A stretch of 57,578 nt of DNA from a virus. The stretch is from the IMG/VR virus record IMGVR_UViG_3300045988_152398. One strand, written 5' to 3'. Below the pieces are notes generated by a model. That model had not been told where the DNA came from, did no database searches, and saw only the letters and a list, made by a program, of their open reading frames with translations. Position numbers and translations under genes: made by a program. This document shows positions 52,207 to 57,578 of the stretch, piece by piece. How positions within the stretch are numbered: position 1 is the stretch's first letter; each line of letters opens with the position of its first letter.

Positions 52207-53754
52207 TTATCTTTTTGTTTTTGTGTATAAGCTCCATTCAGGTTGCCCGTGCGGTAGCTTATGCCCAATTTGTTCGGTGGTAGGGGAGGTAAAGAGGAAT
52301 ACCTCTATTACCTCATTATCAATTACGATTTTCTCTACAAAATTATTAAAAATTGTTTGTAGGACTTCATCATCTGTCGTGTCGGATATTGACATCATTT
52401 TATTAAGATAGTCAACAATCATAGCGCGGGAAATTGTCATTTTTGTTTGTTGCTCAATAGACATAATCTGTATATCAATTTCTTTTGCTCTTTCCTCATA
52501 TTTTTTCATATGTTCAGCTACATAAGCATTGTTGACTAATTTCAATGACCTTAATTCTAATAACTCGGATATTTGAGATTTTACAGTAGATAATTCTTTT
52601 TTTAGTTGTTTAAGTTTATTTTTTTGGCTGTCAGGATTTTCACCTAATTTTGCTATAATCTCATTTGCAATTTGATAAATTGCTTTTTCGTTTAATATGT
52701 GTTTCTTGATTTCATTCAATACAGTTTTTTCTAAAAAATCCTTTCTTACCCTCTTACAAGTACACTCGGCGTATGTTTTACTTGTGGAACATACATAGTA
52801 TTTATAGTCGTACTTTTTGCCCCGCTGTACGCTTGCACTTCTTATCCCAAAAAAGTGCTTTCCACATTTACCGCATATTATTTTTCCTGTTAGGGAATAT
52901 AAATCCTTTCTTTTGCGAGGTTTTACATAGTTTTGGCTTTTATGCCGTTGTTGCACTCTATCCCATAACACTTTATCAATGATAGGTGGAATAACATCAT
53001 ATACAACAATCGGTTCGTGACCTTGTGCGTTGTACCTTAATACGCCGATATAAAAATCATTCCGCAACATTCGGGCAATGGAGGTAATACCGAACGGCTT
53101 TCCTTGCCTTGTTGAAGCCCCTATGCTTTTAGTGTAATCTTGCAAATATTTCAAGGAATAGTTATCTGCATACAATTCAAATAGTTTCTTTACAACCTCT
53201 TTTTCAAATTCATCAGGCGTGTACCTTTTCTTTTTCTTCTTTCCGTTATCAAATACTGTTTCTAATTTATACCCATAGGGAACAGTACCACCCGTAAAAT
53301 AACCTTGCTTTGCCATTTCCCGCATACTTGATTTTACAAAGTCTGATATAGTTTCACTTTGGAATTGGTCTATATCTGCAAGAACATTTATCATTAGCCG
53401 TCCTGCACTTGTATCGTCGTCCATAAGTTGAGTAATTGAGATTAACCGTACATTGTGTTTTTTGAACAATTTTCGGTATTTATGACTTTCGTAAGCATTA
53501 CGGAATATGCGACTGAATTTATAGACAACAATTACATCTATTAACTCATTTTTAACATCGTTTAACAATTCGTGGAACGCTTCACGCCCTGCAACCTTTG
53601 TTCCTGTTATTGCTTGGTCTATATATGTTTTCGTCAACGACAATCCTTGCTTGTTTAAATAATCTTGGCACTCGGACATTTGATATTCGATTGAATATCC
53701 GTCGTCTTGTTTTGTATCGGAATACCTTGCATATAACCCTATTCGTTTATACAT
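52207..53754 (-). CDS. int: large serine recombinase (integrase)
   Basis: IGLYARYSDTKQ catalytic motif, recombinase and zinc-ribbon region (CGKCGK...C..C.C), coiled coil. 515 aa. Confidence 0.9.
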   Translation of the reverse strand: MYKRIGLYARYSDTKQDDGYSIEYQMSECQDYLNKQGLSLTKTYIDQAITGTKVAGREAFHELLNDVKNELIDVIVVYKFSRIFRNAYESHKYRKLFKKHNVRLISITQLMDDDTSAGRLMINVLADIDQFQSETISDFVKSSMREMAKQGYFTGGTVPYGYKLETVFDNGKKKKKRYTPDEFEKEVVKKLFELYADNYSLKYLQDYTKSIGASTRQGKPFGITSIARMLRNDFYIGVLRYNAQGHEPIVVYDVIPPIIDKVLWDRVQQRHKSQNYVKPRKRKDLYSLTGKIICGKCGKHFFGIRSASVQRGKKYDYKYYVCSTSKTYAECTCKRVRKDFLEKTVLNEIKKHILNEKAIYQIANEIIAKLGENPDSQKNKLKQLKKELSTVKSQISELLELRSLKLVNNAYVAEHMKKYEERAKEIDIQIMSIEQQTKMTISRAMIVDYLNKMMSISDTTDDEVLQTIFNNFVEKIVIDNEVIEVFLFTSPTTEQIGHKLPHGQPEWSLYTKTKR

Positions 53755-53768
53755 TCTTTTCCCCTTTT

Positions 53769-54086
53769 CTACATTTGCAGATACATTTTCATAATCTCAC
53801 GGTATAGCCGTTCCCGTTCCTCTTTTGGAATATCTGAATTGAGAAAAATATTTTTTGCACGGCTTAACAATTCAAAACTTTCATTTTCTGTTGTTACGCC
53901 GAAATAATCAAGCCCTACACCGTAAAATTCAGCAAAACGGCGTAAATCGGATAAATGCGGTGAACGACGCCCGACCTCATAATTACTTATCGTTGCACGG
54001 CTTAACCCTAATCTTTCGGATAATTCTTGTTGTGTCAATTTTCGCCCCTTTCTTAAAGTTTTCAATTTGTGCCCTATCGTACACAT
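53769..54086 (-). CDS. cI-like XRE-family repressor
   Basis: KLTQQELSERLGLSRATISNYEVG. ATG at 54086 follows AGGAGGTGAT. The track's GTG start lies inside the RBS. Confidence 0.75.
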   Translation of the reverse strand: MCTIGHKLKTLRKGRKLTQQELSERLGLSRATISNYEVGRRSPHLSDLRRFAEFYGVGLDYFGVTTENESFELLSRAKNIFLNSDIPKEERERLYREIMKMYLQM

Positions 54087-54110
54087 TAAATGTATCACCT
54101 CCTATCAACA

Positions 54111-54128
54111 ATGATAACATATTATCAT
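54111..54128. promoter_or_regulatory. operator-like palindrome
   Basis: ATGATAA-CATA-TTATCAT. Confidence 0.4.
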
Positions 54129-54162
54129 ATAATGTTTACAATGTGTATCATCAAGTAACAAA

Positions 54163-54191
54163 ATTCAACAAAATGCAAACATTTGTTGAAT
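54163..54191. promoter_or_regulatory. 10-bp perfect inverted repeat in the switch region
   Basis: ATTCAACAAA-9 nt-TTTGTTGAAT. Confidence 0.45.
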
Positions 54192-54197
54192 TTGCTA

Positions 54198-54226
54198 TTG
54201 ATTAAGAATTGATATATTAGTATAAT
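54198..54226 (+). promoter_or_regulatory. rightward early promoter TTGATT-17-TATAAT
   Basis: Flanked by direct TTGCTATTG boxes at 54192-54200 and 54238-54246. Confidence 0.55.
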
Positions 54227-54285
54227 ATTTTCATTGATTGCTATTGTTTACAAAAATCCGAATAATGTAACGAGGTGTAGCGTTT

Positions 54286-54483
54286 TTGAAAAACAAGAGA
54301 GGAAGCACCATACAAGATAGATTGTCGTTTGATATTAAATTAGCCGAAAGCACAGAAGATAGAGAGCATAAAAAAGCGTTAGCATTACAAGCACTTGGAG
54401 CAGTTGAATTAGCGGTTGATTTTGGATTAATTACATATATAGAATTTGAAAGATATATAAGCAAGATTTTTGAGATATTATAG
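54286..54483 (+). CDS. hypothetical early protein (TTG start)
   Basis: TTG start 8 nt after GAGGTG. First rightward ORF. Confidence 0.45.
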   Translation: MKNKRGSTIQDRLSFDIKLAESTEDREHKKALALQALGAVELAVDFGLITYIEFERYISKIFEIL

Positions 54484-54507
54484 GGCGATTATTGCCCTTA
54501 TCTTTTT
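54482..54507 (+). terminator. intrinsic terminator
   Basis: AGGGC-loop-GCCCT, then TATCTTTTT. Confidence 0.6.
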
Positions 54508-54614
54508 AACGGAAATGTGTCATTTTGTTAGCTTTTGTATCCTTTGTGCAACATATACATAATATTTTTCTATCTTTGGTTATTATGCGAATTGAAATTG
54601 TAATATTATGGCAG

Positions 54615-54684
54615 TATAATAAAGATACAATAAAGAAAGGCAAGCAACACCTACAAAGTTGCAGAAAGAAAGAGGTACACAACA
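54615..54684 (+). promoter_or_regulatory. promoter-leader cassette, copy k (long form)
   Basis: TTGAAA-17-TATAAT, then AAAGATACAATAAAGAAAGGCAAGCAACACCTACAAAGTTGCAGAAAGAAAGAGGTAC. Confidence 0.6.
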
Positions 54685-54705
54685 ATGAAAGAATACTTGA
54701 AATAG
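54685..54705 (+). pseudogene. 6-codon ORF (MKEYLK*), probable relic of a cassette gene
   Basis: Sits where the other cassettes carry a gene. A terminator follows within 25 nt. Confidence 0.4.
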
Positions 54706-54728
54706 AACACAACAACGCAGAGTAACGC

Positions 54729-54751
54729 AAGGGGCGGTTCACGCCCCCCTT
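54729..54751 (+). terminator. GC hairpin (module 2 copy)
   Basis: GGGGCG-loop-CGCCCC. Confidence 0.55.
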
Positions 54752-54792
54752 AATGAGCCGAAACGAAACATTATAAGAAAGGTTGAAAACAA

Positions 54793-54969
54793 ATGAAAAT
54801 AGGTAAAATATACAAAGTAACAAAGCGTATCAAGTTCCATACAAAGCCGTTGCGTGAAGCTGATGTGTCAATTACAGGACGGTTAAAAAAAGAAACTGAA
54901 AACTATTATTTCTTTGATTGGTTCAGAGTGGAAAAAAATCATATCGTTAATATACGAATAGTCGAATAG
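54793..54969 (+). CDS. hypothetical small protein (58 aa)
   Basis: Own translation MKIGKIYKVTKRIKFHTKPLREAD.... RBS AGAAAGG. Confidence 0.5.
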   Translation: MKIGKIYKVTKRIKFHTKPLREADVSITGRLKKETENYYFFDWFRVEKNHIVNIRIVE

Positions 54970-54974
54970 TCGAA

Positions 54975-55028
54975 ACGGCGTAAAGCCGTCTATGCGGTGT
55001 CGCTGACCGTGTACTGATGATGATAGGC
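54975..55028 (+). promoter_or_regulatory. repeated leader module 3, second copy
   Basis: ACGGC-GTAAA-GCCGT hairpin. GTACTGATGATGATAGGC at 55011-55028. Confidence 0.45.
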
Positions 55029-55047
55029 GAGAAAGGCATAGGTAAAT

Positions 55048-55803
55048 ATGAAAGGATTTAAAGCATTTGAGAAAGGTCTGATATGCAGAAAAAAACAGTA
55101 CGCAGAGAATACGGTGTTTGAAGAAGAAAACGCCGAAATCTGCAAAAGCGGTATGCACTTTTGCAAAAATCCGCTTGATGTGCTTGACTACTATCCGCTT
55201 ATTGATGATAACGGCAATATGACGGAGTTTGCAGAGGTTGAAGCTCTTGATGATGTTAAAACCGATGATAACAAGAAATATTGCACAAAGAAATTAAAAA
55301 TCGGTGCAAAATTGACTTTGCCGCAGTTTATCAAAGCAAGCATTGATGTTACATATGAAAATATCAAAACTGAGGTTGAGGAAGAAACAAAGAAGATTAA
55401 AAACAGCGGCGACAATGCGACACTTGCGGGCGGAAATTGGGCGACACTTGCGGGCGGAAATTGGGCGACACTTGCGGGCGGCGACAATGCGAAACTTGCG
55501 GGCGGCTACAATGCGACACTTGCGGGCGGCTACAATGCGACACTTGCGGGCGGAAATTGGGCGACACTTGCGGGCGGCGACAATGCGACACTTGCGGGCG
55601 GCAAAAACTCTTTAATGATAGGCGATAACGGAAGCATAGCAAAAGGTAAAAAAGGAGCGGTTATACTGCTTGTAGAAAGAGATACGGATTATAACATACT
55701 CAATTTCAATGCGGTTCAAGTTGACGGCGAAAAAATCAAAGAAGATACATTCTATCGACTTGAAAACGGCGAATTTGTAGAAGCGAAAAAAGGAGGTGAG
55801 TAA
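55048..55803 (+). CDS. phage-family protein with Cys/His-containing N-domain and eight ATLAGG octapeptide repeats
   Basis: MKGFKAFEKGLICR..Y......C.SGMHFCKNPLDVLDYY, then (D/N/Y)(N/W)ATLAGG x8. Confidence 0.65.
   Translation: MKGFKAFEKGLICRKKQYAENTVFEEENAEICKSGMHFCKNPLDVLDYYPLIDDNGNMTEFAEVEALDDVKTDDNKKYCTKKLKIGAKLTLPQFIKASIDVTYENIKTEVEEETKKIKNSGDNATLAGGNWATLAGGNWATLAGGDNAKLAGGYNATLAGGYNATLAGGNWATLAGGDNATLAGGKNSLMIGDNGSIAKGKKGAVILLVERDTDYNILNFNAVQVDGEKIKEDTFYRLENGEFVEAKKGGE
55408..55599 (+). repeat. 8 x 24-nt near-identical tandem repeat (coding)
   Basis: Units GGCGACAATGCGACACTTGCGGGC / GGAAATTGGGCGACACTTGCGGGC / GGCTACAATGCGACACTTGCGGGC. Confidence 0.9.
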
Positions 55804-56037
55804 ATGCCGAGAACAAATTTAAAAGTATTCCGAACAGCACACAAATTAAGGCAAACAGACATTGCTTGTGATTTGGGCGTTAGCCGTGCAACTTATAGCT
55901 TTATTGAAAGAGGAATAAGAAACGGTAACGCCGAATTTTGGAACAGATTACAACAGACATACAATGTGCCTGACGCTGAAATGTGGGCATTACAAAAACT
56001 TGACGAGGTGAAACAATGCGAAACGAAAGAAAAATGA
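55804..56037 (+). CDS. Cro-like XRE HTH protein
   Basis: KLRQTDIACDLGVSRATYSFIERG. Confidence 0.7.
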   Translation: MPRTNLKVFRTAHKLRQTDIACDLGVSRATYSFIERGIRNGNAEFWNRLQQTYNVPDAEMWALQKLDEVKQCETKEK

Positions 56038-56141
56038 TAGTCCGCTTGATTGAAAGTGACAAAGTACATAATCACAGATTGATAGCGGAGTTTTTCGCAA
56101 AGAAAATTAATGAAAGAGGTGTAAAAAATGAGGAAGTATGA
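56034..56141 (+). CDS. 35-aa ORF
   Basis: Own translation MIVRLIESDKVHNHRLIAEFF.... ATGA coupling at both ends. Confidence 0.35.
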   Translation: MIVRLIESDKVHNHRLIAEFFAKKINERGVKNEEV

Positions 56142-56328
56142 AGCAGTTTATAGTTTTAATGTGCTTGATGAAGTTGCAAACGGTGAAAGAATTTTATTGA
56201 TTGACAGAGAAACAGAAAGTATTAACAGTTTAGACGAAATAAGCACAAAAGATTTAGCAATTGCAATAAAGTATGACAACAAAGATAATAGATACGAATT
56301 TTACAAGGCGGTGGGAGTAGATGAATAA
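56128..56328 (+). CDS. hypothetical small protein
   Basis: ORF track. AGAGGTG RBS. Confidence 0.55.
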   Translation: MRKYEAVYSFNVLDEVANGERILLIDRETESINSLDEISTKDLAIAIKYDNKDNRYEFYKAVGVDE

Positions 56329-57160
56329 CGAAATCATAGTTGTAAAGCAGTTACCCGAAATTGAGGAACATTTACAGGCAATCAAAGAGGAAGTAAACGC
56401 AAAGGTTAAAACAGCTTTAAGCCTTGTTTGCACCGAAGATACTGTAAAGGCAGTAAAGAAAGTCAGAATAAGCCTTAACAAAGATTTGAAAGACTTTGAA
56501 GAACGCCGCAAGGCTGTAAAAAAGGCGATTATGACACCTTATGAAGCCTTTGAAACAGTTTATAAGGATTGTGTATCAGATACATATAAAAAGGCTGATG
56601 TTGAGCTGAAAAAGAAGATTGACGGCGTAGAGAATGAGTTGAAAGAGAGAAAACGCACCGAAGTTAAAGAGTATTTTGACGAATACCTGACAGCGACAGG
56701 GATTGACTTTGTAACCTTTGACAATGCACATATCAATGTAACATTATCCGCAAGTATGAAAAGCCTGAAAGAGCAGGCAAAAACCTTTATTGACCGTATT
56801 TGTGATGATTTGAGCTTGATTAATACGCAGGAACACAAAGACGAAATCCTTTACGAATACAAGCAGTCTTTGAATGTATCAGGTGCTATTACAGCGGTAA
56901 CAAACAGATACAAGGCTATTGAGGAAGCAAAGGCAAGAGAAGAAGAACGCAAGGCAAGAGAACAGGCAAAAGCCGAAGCCGTTGCAAAGGTTGAAGCAGT
57001 TGCACCACCAGTAGCAGTTACACCACCAGCCGTAGAGCCTATTGCACCGCCTGTTGAGGAAGAAAAGACATACACATTGAAATTTACAGTGCGTGGCACA
57101 ATGCCACAGTTGAAAGCACTTAAAGAATTTTTGAATAACGGAGGTTACGATTATGAGTAA
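56321..57160 (+). CDS. DUF1351-like protein (RecT-associated)
   Basis: NNEIIVVKQLPEIEEHL... start, coiled-coil/AP-rich linker, position upstream of recT as in many Firmicute phages. Confidence 0.55.
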   Translation: MNNEIIVVKQLPEIEEHLQAIKEEVNAKVKTALSLVCTEDTVKAVKKVRISLNKDLKDFEERRKAVKKAIMTPYEAFETVYKDCVSDTYKKADVELKKKIDGVENELKERKRTEVKEYFDEYLTATGIDFVTFDNAHINVTLSASMKSLKEQAKTFIDRICDDLSLINTQEHKDEILYEYKQSLNVSGAITAVTNRYKAIEEAKAREEERKAREQAKAEAVAKVEAVAPPVAVTPPAVEPIAPPVEEEKTYTLKFTVRGTMPQLKALKEFLNNGGYDYE

Positions 57161-57578
57161 TATTGTAGGGCTTGATTTGAATGTAGACCAAAACTATTTG
57201 GCAGAAGCTGTTCAGCAATCTGTTCTGTTAGGAATTGCCGAAAGTCTAAACGGCAAGAATGAAATTGTAAGTCAAATTGTTAATGCGGTTTTGAACACAA
57301 AGGTTGATAGAAAAGGCTGTATAAGTAGTTATTCTCGTGATAACGAACAGTCGTTACTTGAATACTATGTCAAGAATTTAATCACTGATGTTGTCAAAGA
57401 AGAAATGCAAGCAATGGTTGAAGAAAAAAGACCCGAAATCACAAAAATGATTAGGCAAGAACTTCAAAAGAAAGTGAACTATGAAAAGTTTGCTGACGCA
57501 TTTATTGATAATGTTTCCGAAGCAGTAAGCAATTCGTGGTGTCCGAAAATCAATATAGAATTTGAACAACAAAAGGAG
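57153..57578 (+). CDS. hypothetical protein, open at the window end; continues across the circular junction to the stop at 59-61
   Basis: Own translation MSNIVGLDLNVDQNYLAEAV...INIEFEQQKE(Y*). Overlaps the upstream stop (ATGAGTAA). Confidence 0.6.
   Translation, partial: MSNIVGLDLNVDQNYLAEAVQQSVLLGIAESLNGKNEIVSQIVNAVLNTKVDRKGCISSYSRDNEQSLLEYYVKNLITDVVKEEMQAMVEEKRPEITKMIRQELQKKVNYEKFADAFIDNVSEAVSNSWCPKINIEFEQQKE
57524..57578. repeat. 55-bp terminal direct repeat (right copy)
   Basis: Identical to bases 1-55. Confidence 0.9.

Noticed and set aside
55408-55599. Regular 24-nt repeats that could be mistaken for a CRISPR-like or satellite array.
   Set aside because: The units are contiguous with no spacers, in frame, and encode the ATLAGG octapeptide of a continuous 251-aa ORF.
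1-57578. Looked for reverse transcriptase (DGR/retron), CRISPR arrays, transposases/IS elements, and rRNA or tmRNA genes.
   Set aside because: No RT motifs (YxDD context), no spaced direct repeats, and no transposase-like ORFs or terminal inverted repeats were seen. The only mobile-type genes are the GIY-YIG and HNH endonucleases and the serine integrase.

Overview
The window is one complete, circularly assembled phage genome. Bases 1-55 are identical to 57524-57578, so the unique length is about 57.5 kb. An ORF starting at 57153 runs across the junction and stops at 59-61. The genome is AT-rich, uses strong AGGAGG-type ribosome-binding sites, and is almost entirely coding. Gene content indicates a temperate, contractile-tailed (PBSX/XkdK-T-like) phage of a low-GC Firmicute, probably a Clostridia-type host.

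Modules, in order:
- Recombination and replication (57153 through 8841): DUF1351-like protein, RecT, interrupted MBL hydrolase, NinB/Orf, SSB, replisome organizer, DnaC-like loader, RusA, dUTPase.
- Small Cys-rich, HTH and HNH genes (8.9-12 kb).
- Late regulator of the ArpU/RinA class (12033).
- Packaging: terS (12738) and terL (16062), separated by a PAPS-reductase-like/ParB-like pair and an inverted moron cassette. A free-standing GIY-YIG homing endonuclease follows.
- Head: SPP1-type portal, an amidase endolysin in an unexpected position, a MuF/gp7 protein with an extra C-terminal domain, an opposite-strand two-gene cassette, tRNA-Gln(UUG), scaffold, an HExxH mini-protein, the major capsid protein and connectors.
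- Tail: BspA-type LRR protein, sheath, tube, frameshifted chaperone, a 1920-aa tape measure, LysM protein, hub, spike, baseplate J, and three fibre/receptor-binding proteins.
- Lysis: XhlA plus holin.
- Accessory island of single-gene transcription units (47.4-51.4 kb).
- Lysogeny module: palindromic attP candidate, Ser-less resolvase-domain protein, large serine integrase, cI-like repressor, switch region, Cro-like HTH.

Most notable observations:
1. A MuF head protein with a GNAT-like C-terminal domain, next to an independently transcribed antisense cassette and a tRNA.
2. An IbrA/IbrB-like PP-loop ATPase plus ParB/Srx pair inside the packaging module.
3. A lambda-Q-like layout upstream of terS: regulator, consensus promoter, ORF-less structured RNA, strong terminator.
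4. A family of at least 11 repeated promoter-leader cassettes, including a small leader hairpin with compensatory base changes, plus reshuffled intergenic modules.
5. A roughly 760-residue stretch of the tape measure with only one charged residue, built from ~84-aa repeats.

All functional calls come from motif recognition by eye. No searches were run.
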